A stretch of DNA of 64,000 nucleotides from Octopus vulgaris (Eukaryota). Made by a program: the position numbers and the translations under genes. Shown one piece after another: positions 1 to 13,411 of the stretch. The stretch is taken from positions 64,170,001-64,234,000 of the forward strand of contig OX597819.1 in the NCBI GenBank assembly GCA_951406725.2, written 5' to 3'. How positions within the stretch are numbered: the stretch's first letter is position 1; each line of letters begins with the position of its first letter. The notes under the pieces were generated by a model. The model was not told the DNA's origin, did no database searches, and worked only from the letters and a program-made list of their open reading frames with translations.

Positions 1-1363
1 GGGAATTTTTCTTCTTGAGAAAGTACAATAGTGAAGCAACAGAATATTTGGTGGCAGCTCTTTAGAAGCCCTGTAAGAGTGTATATCTTTTTTAATCAAA
101 TGTGAACAGGAGATTTATTACCGTGATATCGGCGAAGTACCTTGATACATTGATAGATATTTAGATAAATAAACATAAAAATAGACATGAATATACACTC
201 TAAAATTCATAAAGGCGAATTTTTTTAGCACATACTATTTCATTTATACTATTAAGCGTGCAAAATTTACTTATATTGATTGTTAATTTTTAATATATTA
301 TCTAACCACACGTTTATCCAATACGTTTTCAATAACTCATCAAAATCCGAATAATAGTAGCTCAATGTGTATTGGAATAGAGAATACAATAGACTATTTA
401 GCAAATAAGAATACCATTCAGATACCAACAATCGATGAATGCTATGTATTTAACCCCTTTACATCTACGTTGTATTTACGCTAATTCATTAAATGATCGT
501 TACACAATATTCAATAAATACTTCCTTATATCATAATTCCTGTTAATATACTCAGTTAAAATTGTAGTCGATATAGTAGAAAGCGTAGTTTTGTATAATA
601 CTAAGCAAACACCAATCAACAGTATCTCTGCTCATTCAAACCTCATCCCAACATAAATTATAGTAACCTCTTAACGCAAAACAAACAAAAAACGTTCTTT
701 AAGATATGTTTGTGTTCGTAAACTTCTAGTTTACACCAAGCAACGTAAGTATGAACAGCACCTACGTGCCATACATTACCTTCTGTATTTAGTTTTATAT
801 TTTCCCCAATATCTTCCAATATATATATATTCAATTAGCACCACCATTATAGTTAAGAGATACTATGGTATTATAAATAGCAGAGAGTTCAGTGTAATCC
901 ATAGGCAGGAGAGGTGCAGCTGAAGTGTAGAAAGTCCAGTAGAAGTTCGTGTATGATGAGAGGAGACAGGTAGACTCCGTAGAAGTTCGTGGGTGATGAG
1001 AGGAGACGACCAAAGACAAATTTACCCAGCTGAATTTTCAGCCATCTGTATGAAATACCCACGTCAAGACGTTAACCAACTTGGGAAAATTATGAGATAT
1101 AGTAAACATTCTCAATATTAGAATAGAAATAAAAGCTAGATCGTCGTCGCTATAACTTCACTTTACTTAAGCGGGCTAATAAAAAGTAGTATTAGATTCA
1201 GTGTACGACGTCGCTGTGGTAATGTACCTTGGGATTGAAGTGGTTGACTGTATAGCATTGTTTATCGTTGATACAGTTAGTTAGTGCGATCGACTCTCCG
1301 TTTAGGTTTGGGCGAAGACAATGATCGGCAGTCTGAGACAACGTGTACCGCCTTAATACATTA

Positions 1364-1737
1364 TTTCTTTACTTGGTTCAGTCATTTACTGCGGCCATTA
1401 GTCGAGTGAAAACTGTCCCCATGACTTATTCTTTGTAAGCCTAGTACTTATTCTATCGGTCTCTTTTTTGCCGAACCGCTAGGTTACAGAGACGTAAACA
1501 CAGCAGCATCGGTTGTCAAGCGATGTTGTGGGGTCAAACACGTAAACACATACACACACACATAAACACACACAAACAAACAAACACTACGGGCTTCTTA
1601 AAGTTTCCTGCTGCCAAATCCACTCACAAGTCTTTGGTCGGCCCGAGGCTATAGTAGAAGGCACCTGCCCAAGGTGCCACGCAATGGGACTGAACCCGGA
1701 ACCATGTGGTTGGTAGGCAAGCTACTTACCACACAGT
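1364..1737 (-). mobile_element. tRNA-derived SINE family A (octopus OK-like), near full length
   Basis: Reverse complement of 6694-7181. tRNA-like head with A/B-box-like TGTGTGGTAAG...GGTTCAGTCCC and an internal CA microsatellite. Confidence 0.9.
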
Positions 1738-1834
1738 CTGTGTCTATGTGTACGTGTGTGAGTGTGCATCGGCGTGTGAGAGACTGAGAGAAAAGCGAGT
1801 GAGAGAGAAGAAATCATTAGTCGATATATATTTT

Positions 1835-2520
1835 TTTTTCTGGCTTAGATATACACATCTCAAACACCATAATTGCTAATTTACTATAAGTCATATCAGA
1901 TCGAAAAGATGTAACAATAAGTCATTTAAAACGAGAAGAGCAGAGGGCGAATATCGATAATAAATCCGAAAATCTCACCAGGTATAATTAGAAAACTTGA
2001 AGCTGTGTTGAGAAGAGTTTCCTTTTTATTCCCAATAATTAACATATTAACAAAACACGCCGCCATAATCCTGGACGTTCTTCAATGAGATGTAAATCTT
2101 TTTTGAAGAAACTCACCACCGACACCTGTCCGAATGTAATATATTTTAATCGATATTACAATTTAGATAGGACCAGAAATATTGCAAAACACATTTTATG
2201 TCTTGTAAGTCTTCAGTCGTAAGAATAAAATATCAATAATGGCAAAATTACTATAAATTATAATAATATTACGGTAATCCGAAAATTCCAAGTTAATATC
2301 TCTTCTCAGCAATAAATGTCACTCGTGAATCTATACATATTAAGCGCGGCAACTAATTCAACATATTCGAGAGAAATACTCTAATCGGAGTATATACCAT
2401 TTGAGAGGATATTACTTAAGAAAATGACTTACACCCATTCCTATATTACTTAAGTTATCTGCAGGAAATATAAGGCGCTTGTTGCCAAATGCATTTAGGG
2501 ATATTGGCCCGGCTTTATTG
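1835..2520 (+). pseudogene. Highly degraded Penelope-like RT/linker remnant
   Basis: Hand translation gives fragments LGLDIHISNT, KISPGIIRKLEAVLRRVSFL..KHAA and NVIYFNRYYNLDRTRNIAKHIL. These resemble the PLE motifs FLDV.L, HPPSIIK..I.RRIS.L and IWFNPPY..NV.TNIGK.FL. Many stops and frameshifts. Confidence 0.5.
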
Positions 2521-2589
2521 ACAGGGACAGAGAAAACGAAGCCCAATATCAGTTAGAATCTTTAGTTAACAATTGTATGAATGATGAGA

Positions 2590-2636
2590 ACTAATAATGT
2601 ACATAATTCCTCATCTCATAAATATAGAACTGTATT
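2590..2636 (+). repeat. 3' tail fragment of the HHR-bearing family at 29325-29513
   Basis: ATAATGTACATAATTCCTCATCTCATAAATATAGAACTGTA nearly matches 29470-29510. Confidence 0.7.
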
Positions 2637-3331
2637 ATCTAATCGGTACAGAGCCGACATTAGACTTCAATAACTCCATCAAAATCTAGCTCGTCTTTCA
2701 AATCATTTAACTGTCCTATGTAGATGTAGAGACTCAAAGCTAATACCACCTAGCTTGAATATAATGACACCAGTGGATTCATATTAATTTAGAAGAGTAG
2801 CGGAAAGGGCAGGACATGCCCTCGTCCTTGAGAGGATCCATTACAAACGTTACAAGATAAGGACAAATATCTATCAAATATAAATAATGTAAATAGTGAA
2901 CTAATAACGCAGCTTGTCGACAGGACAGCAGTATGTATAGAAATATGTAACCGCAATGTTTGTTTGTCTTAGACACTACAAACACTGGGACAAAAAATAT
3001 CTCAACGAAATATGTGGATGTATACCTTTTGCTGCTAAGATAGAAATTTTGTCATCGAATAGTTGTAAAGGATTCTTCGGAAAATACTAATAAGGAGATT
3101 GAAATCTAATGATTTAAGAGATAGGGTTCCTTGTGGCATATAGCAGTTTGCTTTCTATAACCTACAGGGAGACGTGGTTGCAGCCCCAGTAAGCACTGCG
3201 GTATCATTCATGACGGTACGTGTCTCTTCTTACACACACACACACACACGCACATGCGCACGTGTGTATGTGTTTTTGATGTATGTATGTATGTATGTAT
3301 GTATGTATGTATGTATGTATGTATGTATGTT

Positions 3332-3404
<73 letters not shown>

Positions 3405-3529
3405 GTGTGTGTGTGTGTGTCGGTGTCTGTGGATGTGTAAATAGGTATTAGGCTTTACAAAATGAGGAACCATACCTCTGGGAAGCAAACCTCTTCTCAG
3501 AACCAGGTCTCTCTCTCCCTCTCTCTTTC

Positions 3530-3574
<45 letters not shown>

Positions 3575-3809
3575 GTATGTTTGTGTGTGTGAGTGTGCAT
3601 TTGTGTGCGTGTGTACATTTTCGAGTGCTCTGTAAATATTTATAAAGCAACAGGAGTTATTCGTGATCACAATTGTTCGAATAACGAGGTTCTACTGTAC
3701 ATGAAAATAAATGTATACAGAGACAGAAAAAGAGAGAAAGAGAGACAGTGCTTGTGACAGAGAGACAGAGACAGAGACAGACAGAGAGACAGACAGAAAA
3801 TTTTATCTA

Positions 3810-4090
3810 ATTTGCTTCGCAGGAAGGACTGTTTTAACGAAGTCGCGTCTTGTCCCTTGCTTCGAAACGCGGAGTAGATAAAACAGGGATAAACAGATGA
3901 AGGGAATGTTCTTTATGTTGCCTGTCTCGTTTCTCTATATGTTTTTTTTCGTTGTTCGAAGAAAAAGTTCATCTTCTATGATTTTCTTTTTTTATGTTCT
4001 CGTTTCTCCGTTTGTCTACGTTTTGTTGAAGTCCTGTACCCATATATGCATGTATATATACATATATATGTAGGTAAGCACATATATGCA
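3810..4090 (+). mobile_element. Dispersed non-coding repeat family B (PLE-associated?)
   Basis: Homologous to 34320-34650 and related to 60860-61115(+) and 62780-63180(-). Conserved GAAACGNGGAGTA..CTGA(T/A)GAAGGG block. Confidence 0.7.
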
Positions 4091-4138
4091 TAGATTTATG
4101 TTATGTATATTATATTATATTGTATTATATTATATTGC

Positions 4139-4204
<66 letters not shown>

Positions 4205-4216
<12 letters not shown>

Positions 4217-4584
4217 GGCAGTTTGTCTGTGCGTGTTTCTGTGTGTCTGTTTGCTTGTACCCTCACCCTGACCTCGGCTTTCAACCGATTCTGATGAAAC
4301 TTGACACACACATAGCCCAATGTCATAATTCAAAACTAACGCAGCGAAAATTTTGAAAAGTTCCCCCAGTTCTGAAAAAAATCGATAAATTCGACATGGG
4401 GTCGAGAATCAGGAATACGAACCACAAACAGTCTAGGGGACGCAACTCTACCTTTTTTAAATCTCAAAAAAAAATTTACCATCATTTTTTTCCATTTTTT
4501 TGCTACTTTTTGGCTATAACTCTCTAAAAATGCTTTATAGTTATTTCCCTTACAAACCTGAGCAACGCCGGGCGATACTGCTAG
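4205..4584 (+). mobile_element. Non-autonomous Helitron
   Basis: Starts in a (TA)n run followed by AAACGGCAGTTTGTCTGT. Ends with hairpin CCTGAGCAACGCCGGG, a short spacer, then CTAG|T at 4581-4585, the canonical Helitron 3' end. Confidence 0.8.
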
Positions 4585-4586
4585 TA

Positions 4587-4700
<114 letters not shown>

Positions 4701-5430
4701 TGTGTTTGTGTGACGAGAGCGTGGGTGTATGTGTGCTAGAATGCTTTAAAGAATTTTCAAACTAAATATCTTGCTAAACTTAAACCAGTATGACTATGAT
4801 TATAACATACGCAACTACCGAATTACGTTTAACGCGAAATTACTAATAAATATTCCACTATGCTTCAGAAATCAGAGGATATGCAGATACATAGTTCATT
4901 AAGTATCGATTATCGCTTATAATGACGTCATCAATTAAAGACAATCCCTATCTCATTAGTCAATATTTTCGCTAATGAGGCATTTGCATCATTAGCATTC
5001 CACTGTAATTGCGTTCTTTGATGATGCTAAATAATAGCAATTAGAGAACCGATGTTCTCTACAATATGAGGTAGATTTATCTGATGGAAGAGATAGGTTT
5101 GAACTTGTGGTTAGTTACACCTTAAATCCATTTTCATCTGCGTGGATATTTCCGGATTCCGTCTTTGATATATATCTCGACTTACGCATACATACAGAAC
5201 GCATGCGCGTAAATAAGGATATACATCACCTCTCTCTCTTTCTCTCTCTCTATCTATCTGTTTATTTATGTATTTATCTATTTACCTATTATCTCTCTAT
5301 CTCTCTATGTATGTATGTATGTATGTATGTATGTATGTATGTATGTATGTATATGTGAATGTATGTATGTATGTATATATGTACGTATCTATCTCTATCT
5401 ATATATACTTTATTTAAAGCAGCAGAAAAT

Positions 5431-5500
<70 letters not shown>

Positions 5501-6693
5501 AGTGTGTGTGTGTGTATGTGTGTGTGTGTGTGCATGTATGTATACATCATCCGACGTATGTTCAATAAACATTTAATTACGCAGTAAAACATTATCGGAG
5601 ATGTAATCCAAAGAACTAAAACAAAACTACATTGAAATGTCGGTTGATTGCTCCATCGTTATTCATGTATAAATACTAGACTTCCCAGCCGGATTTTTCC
5701 AGTAAATAATACACTGTATTTTTGCCAGTCTCTTGAACCACAATGATGATACTTATAAATATATACATATACTTATAAATATATACATATTTACATGCAT
5801 AGATACATATATACACATACACACAAGCGCGCACACTCACACCCACCCGCACCCCTACATGTATATGTATGCACGTATATATGGAATCTAAATTTTGAGC
5901 TTGTTATTTGGAGCTATCCATACAATATTAATCTGTTAAATAAACGAATATTACTGTAAATATGGATGCATTTTCATCTAGGGGAATGATAACGCTGTAC
6001 TGAAGAAGCGAAACCACAATAACTCTCGGTTGTTTACGGAAGAAATTTTTTTTATGACAATATATCTCGTAGACCTGCCATACTTTTAGCGTTGATTATT
6101 CCTTATCAATCAGCTTAAAGCCGCATATAGCTGACCGTGCTGAAATACTGGTTTCTGATGTTCAATTAAGATATTCTGCCTGGTTTCACCTAACGATATT
6201 TGTATCATCATAAAAAAAAAAAAATGAATGCAGAGCGAAATTGGTCGGCAAGAGCAACTATAGCTTCATCTTCTGATGTATTGAGCTAAAATCTCGGAAT
6301 GATGACAATTTGATTTTTCATTGCTCTAGCATTAATATTTGTTATGGCCAGATTTTCTTGTACATTCATACGGTTTCTATTGCAAAACCTTGGAGATTCT
6401 TAGTTTCTACTATTTGTTCATCGTCTCAAATACTTTGAAAAGTGCATTCCTACTGTCTTCAGTCTTTCATTTCCTCCTTTTTTTCATGAATTTGTTTCAG
6501 TCATCTAAGCTGATTCCTGTTGTCCCTTGGGCCTGGCTGTTTTCAGACGCCATTTAGCATCATCTGCGGCCCTCACGATCCTTTTCTTTTACCTCGTAGT
6601 ATAATCAATCGGTGTGTATTTGTGTACGTAATATTGTAATAGGAAAGTCAAAATATGTCAAGAAAGTCATAAAGCCGAATGAAAATAATAAAT

Positions 6694-6866
6694 GCGCAGG
6701 AGTGGCTGTGTGGTAAGTAGCTTGGTTACCAACCACATGGTTCCGGGTTCAGTCCCACTGCGTGGCAACTTGGGCAAGTGTCTTCAACTATTGCCTAGGA
6801 CCGACCAAAGCCTTGTTAGTGGATTTGGATGACGGAAACTGAAAGAAGCCCGTCGTATATATGCAT

Positions 6867-6961
<95 letters not shown>

Positions 6962-7181
6962 TGTATATGTTTGTGTGTCTCTATTTGTCCCCCCAACATC
7001 GTTTGATAACCGATGCTGGTGTGTTTACGTCCCCGTTACCTAGTGGTTCGGCAAGAGAAACCGATAGAATAAGGACTAGGCTTACAAAGAATAAGTCCTG
7101 GGGTCGATTTGCTCGACTAAAGGCGGTGCTCCAGCATTGCCGCAGTCAAATGAATGAAACAAAGAAAAGAGTAAAAGAGTA
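6694..7181 (+). mobile_element. tRNA-derived SINE family A, full length
   Basis: Head GCGCAGGAGTGGCTGTGTGGTAAG..GGTTCAGTCCCA, internal (CA)/(TA)/(TATG) tract, AAAGAGT tail. Eight copies or fragments in the window. Confidence 0.92.
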
Positions 7182-7303
7182 AAGAGAGAGTAATGGCAAT
7201 AAGGAAAGCTCGAACTCTAAATAATATAAAAATGAAAGAAATATATTTAATATATGATGGTATACAATCTACACAAAAATGTGTGCGTATATGAGTTTGT
7301 GTG

Positions 7304-7347
<44 letters not shown>

Positions 7348-7837
7348 TGGTGTGCGCATGTACTAGCGAGAATGTATGAGTGTTTGAGGTTGTGTGTGCT
7401 GTATGTGCATGAGGAACAGTATGTCTGTGCGTGAGGGAGAGAGAATGAGAGAAAGATAACGATAGAAAAATAGATAGAGAGAGAGAAAGAGAGAAAGAGA
7501 GAGAGAGAGAGAATATAATTTGCTGTGAGTGTATGAATGTGTATAGGATGTATGTGTGTGAAAGTGTACATGAGTGCTGCATATCTATAAAGCCGATTGG
7601 ACACAGACAGTGTGTCGTTAGTCAGCGGGAGGAGTAGCATCGTCCTCTACGGGTCCGTCACATTTAGTTGGCAATTATATTTTGAGATTCTGTACTGCTA
7701 CTGTTTGCTTCCCGTTATGAGATTTAATATTGCCTTATACATGCATACATACATACATATATACATACATACAAATATAAACATATACACAACAAACACA
7801 CATACATATATATATACATACACACATCCATCCATCC

Positions 7838-7881
<44 letters not shown>

Positions 7882-9526
7882 GGAGTTGAGACGACGTAAG
7901 CAAGCTGTATGTGTGTGAAAATGGATGAGTCCTGCTTGTGTGTGAGAAAAAACTGTGTAAGTGTACTGTGTTTACACGCTGTTTGCATGTTAGAGAAAGA
8001 GAGTCTGAGTGGCAGAGACAGAGTGCTTGAGTGTGAAAGAGGCTCTCAGTGTGTAGAACATTCTATTGAAACAATAGTGACAACCTGATCTCTAAATAGA
8101 AATCGAATCGAGTTGTATTTAAAATTCCTATTTGAATATTTGAAGACTCCTAAACTTGATTAAAAAAAAAGAAGACATCTCAAAACAATGACTTGAACAG
8201 TCATATATTTACGTCTTGAAGGGAAATCAATGAAATCGAAGTGAGAGGAAGTCCTTGTTGTCCCCAATATAAACGGTCCTTTTGAGAGTGCGTGCATGTG
8301 TATGTGCGTCGTTGTGCGCGTTTGCGCGCGCGCGTATGTGTGTTTGAAAGAGGGAAGGAGATTGAGAGGGAGAGCGAGATGTCTTCTTATCAGAGAAAGA
8401 ATGGGAGAGAAAAGGCAAGAGAAAAAGAGGAATTTTCGAGGAAGAGAGACAGAGAGAGGATCTATACGAGAGAAAGGCGAGAGGAAATCTTGCGTGCGTG
8501 TGTGGTAGAGAGTATACGTGTGAGAGAGAAAGAGTGGAGGCACGTGCGTGAGTTCGAGCTGTACATGTGTCACAGACAGTGCGTGCAAGCGAGCGAAAGA
8601 GAGAGAGAGAGAGAGAGAGCGAGAGAGCGACAGACAGACAAACAGACAGATAGACAGAGATTGAGAGTGAGTGATAGTGTGTATGTGTGTGTTAAGCCGC
8701 CATGGTAAATTTTACTAATGAATTTGTACGAATAAAACTATTTTCATCTCTAATGTCTGTCTGTGTATTCTTCTTCTCATTCTTCGTCCTTCGTGGCAAA
8801 TAAAAGAAATTTTCATCATCATCATATTCATCATCATCACCACCATGATCCATCATCAACATCATCATCATTATAATTATCACCGTCGTCGTCGTCGTCA
8901 TCATCATCATCATCACTGTTATGGCGATTGTTTTTTTTTTATTTAAAAAATGTTTTTTATTGTTGTGGCGTCTTTTGTTGATTATTAATATTATAATCAT
9001 CTTCGATGTCACGGTCTTTGTTCTGATCAGTAACACAACTTTCATTACCGCCAAGTAAAGTTGATGCTTTCTTCAAATCTATTCATTTAGTCGCAAATCG
9101 AATTGTAAACTCGGATTGAAGCCAAAAGAAAAACAGAAATATATCAACATAAAACAACGAAGTTCTATAAAACAGCAACTACAACAACATCAACAAAAGT
9201 ACAAGTGTTTCAAATAGTTTCAACGTGAAAGGCTAAAATGTCACAAATTGTAGTATTGTTGGTCAGTAAAAGATGCGTTGGTATTGGTATGGAATATAAT
9301 GGATGGTATTTCAGCAGACGTGATATCTGTTTGTATGCTATAGCCAACACCGTGTCTACTGAAATGGACTGGTACTGACTGGTACAACTACTGACTGTCT
9401 AGACAATCTTTTCAGCATTTAAATAATGAACAAATCAAATAGTATCTGCGTGCGTCGGTATATCTGAACATATGTGGGTGTTTATATGTGGGTGTTTATA
9501 TGTATATATGTATATATGTATATATG

Positions 9527-9580
<54 letters not shown>

Positions 9581-9644
9581 TGTATGTATGTATGTATATA
9601 TATATATATACATGTATGTATGTATATATATATACATACAGACA

Positions 9645-9689
<45 letters not shown>

Positions 9690-9773
9690 TTAATCAAAAT
9701 AAGCAACAAGGATATCCAAAGGTAGTGTAGTACAATCCTTTCATGCTACTTCATTTAATTAAACAATGTAATT

Positions 9774-10950
9774 ATTAGATCAGTTTTAAAATGTAGAGCA
9801 CTCTTCAGCCACATATGGAATTTTTAAAATGAAATTGACAATGTTCATTTTTATATTTATTCCATTTGCCAACATTACAAAGAAGGTACGTAATAAAGAC
9901 AGGGTGGTGTATTCCATCAATAAAAACGTGCTTGTAGAAGATCTTAACTCATGGGCAGATTTTTATCACTGAGTTCACTTTCTTATTTAGATTTACCAAT
10001 GGGGAGGGGGTTTTCTATTAAGTTCAGTGGAGACAATCAAGACCTTTTCTATTTATAGATAGAGGAAGGGGCAGTTTAAATCCAAACTTTTTATGAGGAA
10101 TTTAACTCTGGTACATTTGACTGTATTTCAGCTAAAGTTAGTATGCTGAAGCTAGTTGGGTAGGAAGAATAGAGACTTCTAATGCTCTTACCATTTAACA
10201 TCCAAAATCCTACTTGTGATTTTAAATAAGTATTTCTTTGATAGTTTTTCCCAAATGATTCTAATAAATTTTACTATCTTATATAAGGGAGTATAGAAGT
10301 CATTTCATATTTATAAATATATATATATCATATTATTATTAATATAGATTTATAGTTAGTTAGTAAGTAATAATTTATTTGTATTAATGATTTAAATTCA
10401 AGGAATATGCTAGACATATTATTTATTTCCTGCAAAAAAAAACAACTTATCAATTAGCACATATATCAAGAGCCTAAAATATTTTAAAGTGTAATGGAAG
10501 GGAGGTAATCAAGATGAATTTAATAATTTCAATAGATATATGGAATTTATGCAATAATATGTAGATAAAGTTTAAAAAGATTTTATTTCACTTTATTCAA
10601 TTTATTTATATTATTAAATTTCTTAATAATTTATGCAGGTTAAATAAAAACTAGTATAGTATATTATTTCTTTATTTGGTTACAAAACATTAAGATTTGA
10701 AAATTTAGGAATAGTCAGAATGCTATTATTTAAAATACTTAAAAGTACGGGTGGCACAATGTTTGCAGGATGCTCCTAGATCAAAACGGTTATTCAATAA
10801 GTTTATATTATAACAATAATTACAGCTGCATAAATACATAGAATTTATTTAAATTCAAACAGATGCTCACATTAGTATAATTTTACATTAACAACCAAGA
10901 AAGTAAGGAGATAGACAAAGAACATGCTGTCTTTACTTCAGCTTCGAATC
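9774..10950 (-). pseudogene. Degraded Penelope-like element (RT C-terminus and GIY-YIG remnant) with decayed HHR at its 3' end
   Basis: Minus-strand fragments HLGKTIKEIL and NLNKKVNSVIKICP resemble PLE NIGKTFL.IL and LNKRSELISKCRH. Downstream lies TGG-CTGAAGA-GTGCTCTACAT-TTTAAAACTGATC (9774-9813). The 5' boundary is uncertain. Confidence 0.5.
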
Positions 10951-11290
10951 TAATAAGGTATCAGGAAGAAACACTTGTTAGAGATCTAGTTCGTCACCGT
11001 TTTGGGGTTTAGTTATATGTATTAATTATTATTAAAATATATATACATATATACATAAATATATATCTGCATATACATGTGTGTGTATATATATATATGC
11101 GTATCTATATTTACACATATATACATACATGTATGTATATATATATATATATTTAAATATATATATATATACACACACACACACATATATATAATATATA
11201 TATATATATATATTTGTATGCACGTGTATATACAAATATACATACATATACATATATACATATATATACATGTATACATATATATATATA

Positions 11291-11448
11291 GCACAGGAGT
11301 TGGTGCGTGGTGTGTAGCTTGCTTACTAACCACATGGCTCCGGGTTCGGTCCCACTGCGTGGCACCTTCGGCAAGTATCTTCTACTATACTCTCTGTCCG
11401 ACCAAAGCTTCGTGAGTGCATTTGGTAGATGATAACTGAAGTAAGCCT
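11291..11448 (+). mobile_element. SINE family A, 5' half
   Basis: Matches the head at 6694-6855. Confidence 0.85.
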
Positions 11449-11520
11449 CTTCTCTCTCTCTATATATATATATAATATATATATATATATATGCATGAGA
11501 ATGCGTGTGTAAATATAAGC

Positions 11521-11571
<51 letters not shown>

Positions 11572-12198
11572 TGTGTGTGTGTGTGTGTATGTTTGTGTGT
11601 ATATGTGTGTGTATGTGTGCGTGTGTGTGTGTTTGTATGCGACATTAAGTGAGAAGGCATCCGTGAGACCAGGCGATTAAACCAACCAGCACTCCTGCGA
11701 AGACTTTATACCAGAATGTGAAGGAAGACCAAATTCTCTATTTTAAAATAGTTATGTCACGCAAACCCAAAGAAATGATAGTTATCCCTAGTGATAGGGA
11801 GTAAACACTAAATAAAGTAAAACTGTCCTGGTATTACATTTATTCCGTAGTTTACTATAAATGGCAAAATATATAACACACATGTTCACAATGGTTATGA
11901 CTGCATGGCTCTTGGTTTACCATTATACTATATGTATTACATAATCTATATGAGGGTGTCATCATTGTTTTCCATATGTTCAATGATGTATTATTTGACC
12001 TCTTTGAAAGACCGATAAATATGTGATTTTAATGAATTTTCATTAGATTTTTCTCATGATATCTGAAAAGAAAGAACAATTTTCGGCAAACATATTAAGC
12101 AAAGCTAATAATAAATAAATCAAAGAAGATTAAAATCAACAAGCTTTTGACGGTTTTATAGATATTTCAAAATTATGATGTCCAACCCCTGTATGTAC

Positions 12199-12247
<49 letters not shown>

Positions 12248-12344
12248 CATACATTCATATATATATATATATATATATCTATATATATATATACGTACAT
12301 ACATACATTCATATATATATATATATATATATAATTAATTAATT

Positions 12345-12618
12345 AATAAGGGTGAGAGAATTAGATACTAATTTAATAGCATATCTATTCAACACCAAGT
12401 GGCCTAGTGCTCCGAGAAACCTGGATTATTATAATATTTTATAATATATTATAATATTTTTACAAAATAAATATAAGAGAGTGGTCACTATATGGCTCAC
12501 TCTAGCACTAGTTAATCCAAAAGGTTTCAATGGGAAACATGTATTTTTGTGGTTGAAACCTTTTGGATTAACTAGTGCTAGAGTGAGCCATATAGTGACC
12601 ACTCTCTTATATTTATTT

Positions 12619-12619
<1 letters not shown>
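12345..12619. mobile_element. PLE-type pLTR tail with perfect foldback
   Basis: Begins AAGGGTGAGAGAATTAGATACTAATTTAAT like 21328. Perfect 67 bp inverted repeat at 12464-12530 / 12553-12619 with a 22 nt loop. (TA)n on both sides. Confidence 0.8.
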
Positions 12620-12711
<92 letters not shown>

Positions 12712-12714
12712 AAA

Positions 12715-13030
12715 ATATATATAAAAATACAAAATATTACAATTACGCAAAACATTCAAATAGAAGACACAAAAAACGGACGGGTCATTCTATCAAGAAC
12801 CGGATCATCCTCGCAATTTCGGCTGATTAATCTTGAGATCGCTCCGATACGGCCAGCCCCAAGGAAAAACTAAGTTACGAGCATTAGATTTCTTGGAAAA
12901 AGCATCGAATGTATACGAAACAAGGACAGAAAAACGGACGATGCCACACGAATATAAATACAAAAAACAATAATAATAATAGCAGGACAAAAACATCAAC
13001 AACAAGACCAACATGAGTCATACGACTTGA
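12715..13030 (-). mobile_element. Dispersed repeat fragment (same family as 38771-38900)
   Basis: Shares ACGGACGGG.CATTC..TCAAGAACCGGATCATC.TCGCAATTTCGGCTGAT with 38833-38901. Confidence 0.7.
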
Positions 13031-13089
13031 GACAGTTCAACTTAGCTTAGATGGCGTATTCGGAAAATATTGCCTTACGTCATATTTAA

Positions 13090-13411
13090 AATAAGGGTGA
13101 GAAATTAGATATTAATTTAATTAACATCGATTTCACACCAGTGGTCTAGCATTTAAAAAAAATGAGGTTCAGTACAACTGTATAATACCTATATTAGAGG
13201 GAAACCACTATGTGGACACCCATATGTTAGAAATAGATCCGCTACAGTTTCACGACCAAGAAATGTTCTCAAGAAAAATTTTGCAAAACAACCAAAACGT
13301 AATCGAGCAAGACAAAAGAAAAAGTAATAAAAATAAGGATTATTCGTATACATCCGTAGCAGATCTATTTCTAGCGTATGGATGTCCACATAGTGGTTTC
13401 CCTCTAATATA
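13090..13411. mobile_element. PLE-type pLTR tail with inverted repeat
   Basis: AAGGGTGAGAAATTAGAT head. About 56 bp inverted repeat at 13190-13245 / 13356-13411 with a few transitions. Related to 21328-21820. Confidence 0.75.

Noticed and set aside
703-724. AGATATGTTTG resembles the 5' half of miR-190
   Set aside because: The match ends after 11 nt and no precursor hairpin is evident.
831-1019. 62-aa minus-strand ORF with a 40 bp internal duplication (GTAGAAGTTCGTG..TGATGAGAGGAGAC twice)
   Set aside because: No recognisable domain. Two units only, and the TGATGA lacks the preceding C, the GAAA box and the stems needed for an HHR.
4288-4305. CTGATGAAAC motif
   Set aside because: Overlapping boxes inside a Helitron body; it cannot fold as an HHR.
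5995-6025. CTGAAGA-AGC-GAAAC hammerhead-like boxes
   Set aside because: Only 3 nt lie between the boxes (no stem II), and there is no stem I pairing.
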